From assembly GCA_036172245.1 (NCBI GenBank), contig JAYWIR010000011.1, positions 1,240,001-1,304,000 on the forward strand: 64,000 nucleotides of DNA, in the 5' to 3' direction. Origin of the DNA: Raillietiella orientalis (Eukaryota). Position 1 is the stretch's first letter. Each line of letters opens with the position of its first letter. The notes under the pieces were generated by a model. That model was not told where the DNA came from. It was given only the letters and a program-made list of their open reading frames with translations, and searched no databases. Both the position numbers and the translations under genes were made by a program. Shown here one piece after another: positions 48,815 through 61,041 of this stretch.

Positions 48815-49330
48815 ATGGCACACGTGGTTCTACCATGTACTAAAAAGAAAACGCATTCAGCCTCAGACCGGTGGAGTCCGCTTCGGCAGCGAAAGAGAAG
48901 AAGTGGGAAGCGAAAACAAGAATAAACAAACAAAACAGGGGAGGTAAAGTGTTTTTCTCGGGAAAAAGGGGGGGGGGAGGAGGGCATCATGGAAGGGGCC
49001 ACTGTTCGCTGCGAGATGTCCTCTGCATCATCTCCAGAATGCCGGCAGGTTCTCTCTGGATATTGCCCAGTTGCGGCATCTCGTGGGGCGGTCCTCAAGA
49101 AGATTCTCTCGACCAGTGGATGGCATCCTTTCCACTCCGGCCCGCTCTTCTGGCGTTCCAGGCTGCTGTCATCGTGAGAAGACAGGAAGAGGGAACTACG
49201 AGGGAGACGGCTGGTGGCAGTGCGGCACCGCACGCGCAAAGAGGCGTCTGAAAATGCTCCTGGGGCCGCCCGTCGAGATTCCAAGGGTCGTCTCTAGGCG
49301 ACCCCCTTGGAATAGCATTCCGCCGTGGTT
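48815..49330 (-). mobile_element. 5'-truncated copy D of the same non-LTR family
   Basis: GGPRSIFRRL...WNARRAGRSGKDAIHW plus the same 3' UTR layout as copies A and B. Confidence 0.65.
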
Positions 49331-50019
49331 TTTCACCCGGATTTGGCGGAGCATTTGTCATAAAAAAAATACGCTGTTTATCACCCGGGTGCGCCGGGGC
49401 GTTTATTAAAAACTATCCGGGAACAGAGTTCCTGGACAAAGGGAAAAACAAGAGACGAAGGGGGTGGGATCCCCGACACGCAGGTCGGTATGCCGAAAGT
49501 CCGGAACGGGAGGGAGGGGACCACAAATACACTACTGTAAAAAAAAATAAAAAGAAAAATATGGAGGGCAGGGGACAGGGGTCTTTGGTTCGGCCGTTCC
49601 TTCCTTTCGGAACCGGCGATGGATGCCGGCGATCTCTCTCCTCACGCTCTCTGGTAGGTGGGCCCACTCGGCAGCCGACGACATGCTTGCGCTGGCTAAT
49701 CCGGTGGGCTGACGAAGGATGGCCAGCTTCTCCAACTCTCGGTGGGCCTTGTCGATGGCGCGGGTGCAACACACGGTTGCAACGACAGCACCTAAAGACG
49801 TCTGTAGTGGTAGAACGCTCGGCTCAACCACGTACAAAAACAAAGAAAGTTCTTTTCCACTTGTCACTGGGGGTCCCACTGACATGGAGGATGGGGAAAT
49901 ATAAGCAAAAATAAGCAAAAGAGTTATAAAAAATGTTTGATGGGGGGAGGGGGAAGAGGGGCACTTGGAAAAGCACGACGTCCCGTTCATCCCGTGGAGG
50001 ATGCTGGCTGGTTAGCGTT

Positions 50020-50450
50020 TGTCGATGGGGCCATCTCGCGGCGATCCTCAGAAAGAGTTCCGTTCGGTGGATGGCACCCCTGTCGGGCTGGCCTCTTCAT
50101 CGCGGCATCCCATTCCTCCACGACGCCCCACATGCGGCAAACGGTTGCTAGGCACGCGGCAGCTCGCGACTGCGCTTCACGCGCGAAGAGGCGCTTCAAC
50201 ACACCTCTGGGATCGCTCCCAGGAACCCAGAGGGCCGTCGAGAAACGTTCCCAGAGGGACCTGAGGTCAATGCAGTCAAGAGGCAGTTCCCTGCACCTGT
50301 CGCGCTCCCCACCCGCACTCCTCCGCGTCCAGTGGTGGAAGGGGAGCTTTGCGCGGGATTCCCCACCTGCAGCTGCAGCAACGCCACTTCCTACCACTTG
50401 AGAGGGAGGGTGCGGTTGGCCCGCAACACTGGAGGGGGGCGCTTCATGTC
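50020..50450 (-). mobile_element. 5'-truncated copy E of the same non-LTR family
   Basis: LDCIDLRSLWERFSTALWVPGSDPRGVLKRLF...AAACLATVCRMWGVVEEW aligns with copy B IPVGEPKDIFRRLL...AAACVAVLCCIRGILDKW. Confidence 0.65.
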
Positions 50451-51649
50451 CTCCGGAAGGATGGCGATCCGAGGAGGTCGGGATGGTGGATAACATTATC
50501 GTGCTCACTGTTGTCTTCACGATGGTGTACTCCGGAATTATGAGAAAGAGCGCACGCCTATGTGAAAGCGCTTATTGCCGCGCTCAGTCCCGAGGCGGTC
50601 GGGTGTGGTGTTTGGGGTTGGAGGTAAGGCGTAGGGACATTAGCCCATTGCCGATTTGTCCGTCCACGCTGCGTTTGCGCCGTTCCGGCTTTCGCGCGCG
50701 CGCGGGACTGGCGATTCGCGGGCGTGACGGGCGTAGAGATTTGCGAGGCACGGGAAGAATGGGGGCGCGGCTTGAGGGTGCTGAGGTTGCTGGTAGCAGC
50801 GCGGCAGTGCTGTTCACCCGCGCGCATGGCGATCACGCCCCGGAAAGTCGGACGAGGCCGTAGCTCGTTCACTGGCCAAGTCACGTGCGGAGGGAGGCGA
50901 GCCCGCGGCGAGGGCGAGAGGATACGTCTGGCACTCTGGTGGCGCAGATCCCCCCTCTCCTCCCCTCTCCCTTCCTTCCACACTTCTCTCCCGACTGCAA
51001 GCTCCCTCCCAGCTAAAATGGCCCTGGATTCTTCCCGCGCACGCGTGCGAAAGAGGCGCACCTGAATACAACCTCCCCTTCGGCCGTTCTTTTTCTCCCC
51101 CCCCCCCTCACCCCCGCGCTGCTGGCGGTGAGTAACGACGACACCATAACAGCGATCCACCTACGCGATCGTTGCCTCGCGACGGTGAGACGCTCGATCG
51201 TACCGCCGCCATCCATTCATTGTTGCGCATTGTTGTCACGAGCTGTGGACGAAGATATGCGGGGGCTACAATCTCACAATCCTCCCCTCTCCTTCCGCTC
51301 GACGAAGCGACGCTGCCGCCGCCCATGCCTGGCGACGCGCCGCAAGGGGAAAGAGAGAGGGCGCAGGGGCGGCAGCGCTTCCACCGACGGATCCGGTGGT
51401 GGTCTGGGACGGAGTTCCGGGACGCGGGAGTCCCTTTCGAGAAAGTGAAATCCGGGAGCCCAAGGGCGCTCGCCGCAGCGAAAGCCTGAGGAGCGCCGCC
51501 GACAGGGAGAGGGACGCTGCGCCCGCGCCATCGGCACCCCTACTTTCCGCCTTCCTGTCGCCGGCTCCCGCCCGGAAGAGGAGATGGATGGATCCGCGAG
51601 CGCCAAGACTCTTCAAGGAGATCACCCTCTTTCCACCTCCCCTTCCGTC

Positions 51650-51850
51650 TCCTTCTCTGAAGAGAACCCCGAAGGGATGCTCCCGGATTTTCTCTGAAGG
51701 ACTCTCCCCGAAGGGAGTAGCGCGCTTCCCGCATTCTGGAGAAGAGGTATCAACCAGCTCCATCGCACGAGACGGAGGATCCTCCCTTGGAGGGGAGGGG
51801 GCGCCGACATTTGTACAACCGGAGGGAGAACCCCGAAGGGAACCGGTCCC
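51650..51850. repeat. Inverted copy of the dispersed repeat at 42580-43070
   Basis: Reverse complement aligns with 42651-42789 and 42934-42950. Confidence 0.7.
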
Positions 51851-52417
51851 TCGATTCTTGGAAAAACCCCGGAGGGAGTTCTCGGCGCCGCTGCTTCGCC
51901 CCGGGAGGGATTCGAGTCCGCGACGCTCTGTGTCTCGAGCGGTGACAGCAGCCACGTGACCTCCGGCACGAGCCCTGCCTAGAAGACGCCTCGGCGGGGC
52001 GGGAGAGAGATGGGGGCGTCAGGGACCCCACGCGGGGTGGAGGCGGCAGATTCTGGCACTTCGGTCCGCCGGAGGAGCGTCCGTGTCTTCCAGGAGGGCG
52101 CGGAGTAGGAGGAAAAGCCAGTCGCCCCCTGCCCGAAACGGCGGGCGAGGAAACAGGGGGATGGGCAGAGAGAGAAGAAAGTGGTGACGCGGCGGCGGCG
52201 GCGGTCACTTTCACGCGCACGTCCTCTGCTCCCCGTGCGGTGAAAGAGTTCGCCGCCGCGAGGAGGAGGATGCGACGCGATCTCGCGGGGGAACCGGGTC
52301 AAGGCGGGAGGAACGGCGGCGGGGGATGGTCCGGGCCGTGTCGGTGCCCCGTCCCCGCCGCCGTCGCCGATTCCTACCGGAGAGCTCCGCCGACCCGCGG
52401 CGCGCGCCGTGGACCTG

Positions 52418-55400
52418 ATGAAGCTCCGGTGCGTGGTGTCCGCGACGCTCCTCCTCCGCGTGGTCGTTCTCGCGGCAGCGGCTGCGGCTGCGGCAGGTGA
52501 GTGCTGGGATGGGTCCAGTGGAGCTTCCTCCCCCCCCCCCTCGTTTGGGCCCCGGCGGCGGCAGCAGCCGAGGCGCGCCAGTCCCGGCCGCCAGGACCCC
52601 TACCTCCGCTCTGCTTGGCGCGAACGTCGGAGCCGAACGCGAAGCGATGCGGACCGCGAGCGGAAGGACTCCGCGCTTCCCTCGGTGAGGGAGGGGGGAG
52701 AGCGAGCTCAGGAAGCAGGGAGGGAGGGAGGGAGGGAGAGGTCCTGGAAGCCATGGAAACTGAAGCGAGGCGAAGAGGGAGGCTCCAGCCCTGGAAGGAG
52801 AGAGGGCGGTGGAGGGAGGAAGGAGGGGAGCCGGATAGGCGTGGTCCCTGCCCCGAGCGGCCGCCGACGCGAGGCGGGTGCGGCGTTTCCCCGACGCGCC
52901 CTTCCGGGTTAGGGCGGCGACGGCGCCCTCGCTTGCCGGGAGGACCCTCCGCCTTCCTGGACGCCTCCGCCGCGTGCCTCGTTCCCATGGGAACACGAAC
53001 TCGCTCCCCACCTTTTTTTTTTTCCTCTCCGGACTGCACTCTTCGAAGAAGAGACGACGCGGGAGGGGGGAGAGTGCGCCGAGGAGGGTGTCTCCTACCA
53101 CCCCCAAGGTCTAATGATGGGTCTTAACGCCCCCAAGCGCCCCTTCCACTCCCCCCTCGTGTCTCTCTGTTCCGGGGTTTGCCATCCCCGACCCGAAGAC
53201 CTCCGAGCTGCGACGGACGTCTTCCCGTCTGCGGGTCGCGGCGCCCACTCCTCCACTTTCGCCAGCTCCTGGGCGCGCGCGTGGCCGAGACGTTCTCTCT
53301 CTTCCTCTCTTCTCCCGCCTCCTCTCCCGTTTCCATGCCAACGCGAAAGGGCTGGACGGAGCAGCTCGCGCGTGCCCCTCGGCCACTCGACCGCAGTGCC
53401 CTCGCTGCTGCCGAGGAGAGCGGCGCGGAGGCAGCGGCAGGGAGAGGGGCCGGGGCGGGAAACTTCGGCCCGGGGTGGCACTCCTTGCTATCGCCACCTC
53501 GCCTGACCGGGAGCGGACTTCCCGCGGAGGAAGGGGCGGCGGCGGCGGACGGCAGGTGGCTGGCGCGCGAGCCGGAGGGCCGGCACAGGTGGCGCGCGAG
53601 CGGGAGGATGAGAAGGAGCACAGCCGTCGAGCCCCCTCCCTCCCTTCCCCGGACTCCCTAGGAGTGGGTGGGGGCGAGAGGCGGGCCGGCGAGCGTTGAG
53701 CCCTCTCTGCCCCTCGGGCGGTCGTTCCTTTCTCCCGGGATTTCGCTGCTGGGTCTGGGCGCGATCCCCTCTCTCGTGCAGCCCCTGAGACAGCCGAGGT
53801 CGCCTCCACTGCCCGCCGAAAGAGGGGGTCGGGTCCGCAGCGTCTCGGAGTCCGCCCGGCAAGCGGCGAGGGCAGGAGCAAGAGGATCGGCGCTGCGGAG
53901 GTCCACTCTCAGCCGGGCCGACGTGGTGCGAGGCACTCCCTACACGCACTCTCGGGCCCGTGAAATACGCGTCTCCGGGAAGGCCCCATCGGCACCCCAG
54001 GATATTTCTGGAAGGGTCGCCGGATAAACGGCTGGTTCCTCCCCCCCGTTTCTCCTTCTCCTCGAATCAGGAGGCTGCTTACTCTCCCCCTTCCCCTTCC
54101 CTCCCTCCCCCCCCAATCGAGAATAAAAATAGAATAAGCGAATCTGGGTGTCGAACCGCTGCGCCGATCAAACTTACAGTCAGTAATTTTAATTATTCAT
54201 GAAACCAACACCACGAAACCCGTCATTAAAATTACCTGTAGCGGCAGCACGTTCAAATCAAGTTCCTTAGAAGGATTGCCTGGGGCGCCCCACCTGAACA
54301 AGAAGGGCCGGTAAGGGGGACGCCCGCAAGAGCGAAAGTACCCCGACCCCGACAGGACGTATCTGAATGGACGTTTCGTGATGAAAGGCAGGAATGAGGA
54401 GGAGCAAACAGATCAAAACTGTCCGTCGCCGTGGCGATCGGCGGGTCGCGAGCAGGCGGCAAGGCTTCCGTAAGTTTGCGAGCGGAGAACCGGTGGGCAG
54501 AAGCTGGCCGGTGACGTCACTGCGTATACAAGCAGCTGGTTCGGGAGACATCCCGAAATCTCGACTCCACGCGAAAGGGGTGGGTGGATCGTCGCCGACA
54601 GAAACGATCTTACCGAAGATTCAGGCCATCGTTTTACGGAACGCACCGCCCACCTCCCTTGCCTCTGGTTACCACGCAACCGCGAGCCATCAGTCCTCCG
54701 CGATTCATGCAGCTAAACAGTGATTTGCGAGGATTCCACGGTGCGATCCAAAAGCACCAGGACTGACATCGAAGATTGAAAAAAAAAAAAAAAAAAAAAA
54801 AACACGGAATGAGTTTTCTTACATTTTATTTATGTATTGCCCCAAATGGGATCGGTCTGTTTGGCATGGGATTCTGCATGGAGCTGATGCGCAGTCCTTT
54901 ACAGGGGCCTTCTTCAAACGCTCTACCTGAACGTCACATCGGGCCCCTTTCGGCTGCCATTTCATTTTGCGGGCATGGCGAATGGTCGTGAGGAGGCAGA
55001 CCCGGAGAGTGTAGGGGGTGGTTCAATATCGAGATCTGCTTTCGCGCCAGAAACTCGCGGGATCCGCTCGCTCTCGTGATAGAGGGATCCTGCGCACGGT
55101 TTTTTTTTTTTTTTCCACTTTAAATCCTCGCGCGAGATGCATGCCACTCCTGTTTTCGGTACAGCGAGGGTCTCCCTTGTCATCCGAGAAACAGAACAGC
55201 CATCGCTCATCTTTGAGCAGCTCTTTTGAGCAGCTCGCTGCGACATCATCGCCGGCTTTCGTTGTCGACCGCTGCGTTCTCGCCGCCGAGACTGCTGCCT
55301 TCCATCTCGAAGGCCCCCCCGTTGAGCGAAACGTCTTTTCCTGACGGCAACGCAGTCACGCCGCTTTGTGTACCATTCGAGAAAGATTTACAGTACGCAG

Positions 55401-58400
55401 TCCCGCGCTGCGCGACGGTACGTCGTGCGCGACGGACGCTGCCGCGAAAAAATCCATCCCTAAAAAACTTATGGACCTCGCTGTACATTTACAGAGATTT
55501 ACAGAGAAAGGAACGGTGGAGAAATGAAATGAAATGTGAAAGATGATGTGGACATCTCCGAGATGATGAGAGATGAGAGAGAGAGAGAGAGAGAAATGAA
55601 GACTATTCTTTTTTATTATTTCGCCGTTTTCGCCTTAAAAACCGTAAACATGAAGCGTACTTGGAAGTGACGCGTATTAATGGAGCGATTCTTTTTTTTT
55701 CTCTCTCTCTCTCTTTTTACACGAATCTGAAAAGAAACTGAAAGCAAGAATGTGGAAGAAAACGCTGGAAGAAGAATATAAGAGAGGACGGAAACCGAAC
55801 GAGGAAAATTACGGAAAGTGTGCGAGGAGCAGTTGGCACGACTGCGATGGGAGCGGCGCGAAGCAGCGACCGCGGATCGGAACAAGGGAAGGAAAACAAA
55901 GGAGGGGGGGGGGGATAGAATAATAAGAAGAAGAAGAAGCGAAGAGACGAGCGCTTATCGGCCATAAGAACCGCGAAATCGAAAGTTACAGTGGGAAGAG
56001 TAATGTTTTATGCCCATCGATTTTGCCTTCTTATTTCTTCTATCGGCGCTCAAACTCCCAATCGAGCGAGCCGAATTGCACCAACTGCCCCGAGTTGGGG
56101 GGGGGGGGGACGAGTAGAAACAACCGGCAGTTCGTTAACCAAGGATGATTTAATTACTGCTTATTTTAATTACAGGCAACCGTGATATGGATGCCGTTGA
56201 ATATACAAAGCGCGAAAACCTATTTTTTTTTTTTTTTTTTGAGGAACATTTCCGCTCTTTCATAAGCGGGTTAAAGTCATTTCAGGTACTCACTGATCAA
56301 ACGGAAGAGGATGTCATTTTTCACTCATTTATTTTAAGCATTTTCGCAGGCACTATACGACGACGAACTTCCTTTTCTTTTTTCCCTTCATGTCTATGGA
56401 GGTGATTATCTCGTGATTTTCGTTTCTTAAACGACATGGGGGAAATAAAGAAGCACAGATTCAGTGAAACAACGAATTGGACAGAGAGAGGGGGGGGGGG
56501 GGGAACGAAATTTTAGGGGTCCCGGGCGCAATGGGAATGGGTGCCATGCGAGGTGCGTGGAGGGAGGAGCTGAGGCTGAAAGACGTGAAAAGGACAGCGA
56601 GGAAGAGTGCCTCGCCGCTAGAAGAACCGGAAAGAGACGAGGAAAAAGGTGAAAATCGAAATCCTTTCATTCAGCTGCAAAATGCAAGCAGACGAGGAAA
56701 ACGGTCGAAGATGATGTGCCACGGTGCCCTCCTTTGCTCGGCGCGAAAGAAGAGGAAACGATTAGGCGTCGGAGACCCTCGAAGTGGTCCTCCTGCCATA
56801 AAGCAACGAGAAGCAGTTCCCCTGGAAGGGTCCCACCTGTTGACAAACAGCCAGCAGCAAGAAGGAACACTTCGGAAAACGAAGACAGAGGTCGCCAATA
56901 AAAGAAATAAACCGATACTTCACCGATAAAAGACGAACCCAGGAAAGCATGGATTCACTAACAGAAGGAAACATGAATCCGGTAATAGAAGGAAACATAA
57001 TGTAGATGAATCACGAAATTTTTCCCCCTTCGACGAAAAGAAGAGAGATCATTTCCGCCATGATGGCAGTGAGAGCCCGACGAAGACGGACGATCGAGCG
57101 AGAAGAGGAAAACCGACTGCTCGGACAGTCACGCGTGGCCACGAACTTACGTCATCGCGCCTGAGGCAGCGCTTTTTCAATGGCTCGCCACAATATTTAC
57201 CAAGCAGGGGCTGTTTATGGAAATGGTCCCCAAGCAGCAGGCTGTTTTTTTCTTCATCCTTTTTCTTCCCCCCGTCCACCAAGAGAAATGACGAATCATG
57301 AAAAACACGACACGGCTGCAGCAACCTCGATACCTTACCGTTTCCGTTGCCAGGAGACCGCGCTCGCGCCTCGCCGGTGTGGAGGGAGGCCTGGCAACCG
57401 CCTCCTCGCGAGGGGGGGGCGACCGGGCGCCCCACTCCGCTCCGCGCACCTACTTCCTCGCACCCACCCCCGCGGGTCTCCACCCGGCCCGGTCGTCTGC
57501 GATGGGGGGTCGCTCCTGCGGGGCCACTATCGATCGCCCCACTCCCGAGGGCGGCGCGCGCGGTCGAATCTGCTCGTTCCAACCGGTTCCGGTCACGCCT
57601 TCTCTTCGCTTCCGCGCCCGTTTCGCACCCCTCCTTCCCCCCCCCCCCCAAAAAAAAAAAACAAAAAAAAAAAACATGGGGCTTGAGGATGGGAGTGGGA
57701 AGGCAGGTCGGCTCCCGCGTTCCGCTTGTCTCCACGGTGACTACGGACGACTTCTTCCCCTCGACGCAAGTTAATCCCCCTAGGGTAACCATCGATGGCC
57801 AGGGGCGTGCAGAGCGACCCAACTAAAACATGAACCCCTCCCCCACCCCCAAAAAAATCCCCTCAGGAGGAGTAGGAGGAGAAGGAGAAAGAGGAGAGGG
57901 AATTCCAGGAATCGCCTACGAAGTTCTCGGCAAAACCCAACGCGCCTGTCCTCCCTCTCACTGGACTCCGTCCCGGATGCTCTTCGGGAGGCACGGGAGC
58001 CAATCCGCGAACCGCGTGTCATCACTCCGTGGGCAAACGCGGGTGGCTGCTCTCGAGGAGCTACCCATCCTCCCTCCAAAAGCGCTCGGGAACGCGACCT
58101 TCCCCGCATGTGTTTCCCCATCCTTCCGCGCGGGACGCAGCGCGGGGAAGTGCGCTGGCGGGAAAGTCATTCCTGGTCGGTCTTTGACTCCCCCTCTGTC
58201 CCCCTTTTATCTCCTTCCCCTAGGCAGCTGCTGCTTCCTGGCGAGCGACGCTTCGCGCAGCGCTGTTGCGCCCGACTGATCGTAGATGACGCGACCGTCG
58301 CGGCGCGCGAGCTCGGTGGATGAGGGAGAGCTTCTCCGACCGAAGGCTGCCAAAGCCAGCGGGGTCCGAGGGAAGAGAGCAGCAGGGAGATGGTTGCGGT

Positions 58401-61041
58401 GCGGCGGGTCTTCCTTGGAAGACCGGCAGGGCGGTTCGAGCTGCGGTGTGTCCGTGCGCGCGCACCCGGCAGCGAGGATCCGCGAGCCGCTCCCGCCGCC
58501 TGGAGCGCGCGCTTCCTTGCCGGAAAGAAGCCTTCCGGAACCCGCGGCGGGCGTGAGGGCAACCGCCGCACCAGGAGCGCGCACCAGCTTCCCCGCGGTG
58601 CTTAACGGAGCAGGCCCGCTGCAGCCCCCTTGCTACGTCCAGCAGTCTCGCGGTGCCTCTCCCCTCGGACGGGAGCGACGATCTGCTTCCTCCAAGCGTG
58701 GGCCCGCGACCAATTCCCGCCTCCATCCCCCCCCCACCCTCCGTGGCTGCTCCCGTGTGGGAACGCCCCTGCCTCTCCCCGAGAGTCAGCTCCTGGCCGA
58801 CACGACCGGGAGCCACAGGTGGCGCCAGTGAGTGCGGTCACTGCAGCCCTCGGGAGCATTCGCGGGGTCGCATCTGGCTCGACGGCCGAGGATCCCTGAT
58901 TTGTGGGGGCGGGCACCCTTCTTCCTCCCCACCCGGCGCACGCTCGATGAGGAATCGCCCGAGAGAGGGCACCCAACGCCGGTGCGGCCCCTTCTCCCCA
59001 GGGCGAGCAGAACACGGCAGCTGCGTGCCAGGGATCAGTCCACAGGAACTTGAGGAGCGCCCCAGGACGCGCTTCCGGTTCCCGCCACTTCCCACGAGAA
59101 CCGTTCACGGTGCCCTCCATCCTCAGATCCGCATACTTGGCGGTGCCTGTCGCGATGAGTCCGGGCCTCTCAGTAAAAGAGCGCCACCCTCCCTCTCCCA
59201 TAATCGACGGCTCCTCGACCCTGATGGCGTCGTGCCTCCAGGGAGCATCGACGCCGGGGCCCAGGCTGGCGGAGGCGGCCAGGAAACACGGGAGCGGCCA
59301 CTCCGGCGGAGTTCCCGGCTCGGATTTGGCGGGCATTTCCCGCGGGCTACCCGGGAGTATTCTTCGACAGCGTTGTCCGCTCCCATGTCGCCTGGATCTG
59401 AGAAGCCTGCGTGCTGCCGGAAGTCGCCGCTGCATCCCTGGGCGGAGAGGACACGGCGGCCTCTGGACGGCGCTCCCGGCCCCGCAGACGGTCGGGAGGC
59501 AGCGCGGGTTTTCTTTCCCGCCCATCCACCGAAGGCCGTCGACCTGAGTTTTCTTGCAGGAGCTGCAGGGAGAGATGCAGGACCCCGTCACGGCTCCCCG
59601 CAAGGTTGGGGCGGGGAGCGAGGCGATATCGAACCCCTCCCCTTCCTTGCTGTTCCTCCTCCGTCGCCCTCCCCTTCGTCGCGCCTGGAAGGGGCGGCAG
59701 GCGAGGAGGGGGAGTTGTGGCCCCTTCCCTCCTCCTCCTCCTCTCCCCTTCCCTTCCTTTCCCCTCGAGCTTTTTTCCCCTCTTCGAGTGTTTCCCCCCC
59801 CCTCCCTTTCCCCACCATGAGTGGCAGTGCTCCCTCAGTCGTCGTCACGGAACGACCCTCCTCACCCCTATCCTTCCTTTTGCTGCCCAGGACGGGCCCA
59901 CTGTCCTTTTCGCACCAGGTCGTCTTCCCCGCAGCCCCGCAGATCCGCACATCAGAGGCGCCAGCCAACCCGACTTTTTTCCTTGTTGCTCCGGGGTTCC
60001 TCCTGCAGCGATCCGCACGGAGATGACGGGAAGAGAACCGGAACCTCCGGCCCGCGGGGGGGAGGGGGCACCCGGGAAAGGGGGGGGGGGATCAGGCGGA
60101 GTACCCCCCTCCTCCGTCGCTACGAAAAACTGTCTGCGGCGAGGAGCGCTACGCCAACGTGAGCAGAAGGCACGGGAGGGAGGGCGGCTCCCCACGTCGT
60201 CCCTGCTGCCGCTCTTGCTGAGCCTGGATCGTTGCCGGAAGGTGTTGGTTGCCTGTTGGGAGACTGCTTCCGAGTGAGACCGAGATCCCGGGTGCCTCGT
60301 CCCGGGGGGCCCGCGGACGAGGGTGAACGCTCTGCCCACTCCCTTGGGAGAGGGCGAGGGGATCTCAGAGTCTGCCTACCGGTTGGCCCCTCTTCCCGTC
60401 CTCGCCCCGCGTCCGGGTGGACGCCGTCCTCTCACGCCCGCTCTTCTCTCGCCACCCCAGGAGCCGGGCTGCGCCGCAGGAGCACAGAGGTGGCGTCCCC
60501 GAGGCTGGGGCGCCTGAACCCCCTCCACTTCTTCCGAGGATACGCCTCCAACATCAAGAACGGGATCCCCGGGGTCGGCTTCAACGTGAACTCCGATCCC
60601 GGAGGCGCCGAGCAGGCTCTCTCGACTGTGCCCCTGGTCAACCCAGTGGACCCGGCGGGCACGATCCAGTCCGAGGAGAACATCGCCTTCCTGAATCTGT
60701 TGCAGGGTACGGCACGCCCCTGCCCTCTCGTTCGCCCAGGGGGCGCCTCCTCTCCCCTCACTTCTCTTACAGGCACCTTCGAGAGGCTGCTGCAAACGTA
60801 CGAGAACACCCTGCCCACGGTGCTGCAGGCGGCCACGGGATCCTTGTCGGTGGAGAGGTTCGCTTCCGCATTCCTACGGCCCTCCGGCGGCAGCGGCAGC
60901 GACGACAGGCTCCAGTTCCTCAGCCTCTTCCCAGGAAGGCAGACGGGGGACCGCAGGCGGCCGTCACGCTCCCAATTCTTCCAGACGACGTCTCGAAACC
61001 TGTGGACCCACATGTTCCCTCACGTCCTGCCCTTCCTGTGA
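52418..61041 (+). CDS. Uncharacterised secreted protein, 3 exons (52418-52496, 60461-60706, 60773-61041), about 197 aa
   Basis: Signal-peptide exon MKLRCVVSATLLLRVVVLAAAAAAAA ends in G|gtgagt. Acceptor ctctcgccaccccag; 66-nt intron gtacgg...ctcttacag. All introns are phase 1, 594 nt to TGA, with strong third-position G/C bias. Extra exons in the 8-kb intron cannot be excluded. Confidence 0.65.

Noticed and set aside
57049..60339. Long ORFs such as 58653-60026 (457 aa) and 58602-59603
   Set aside because: GC-rich low-complexity translations inside the predicted intron. Part (about 59.0-59.4 kb) may be a retroelement remnant, but the similarity is too weak to call.
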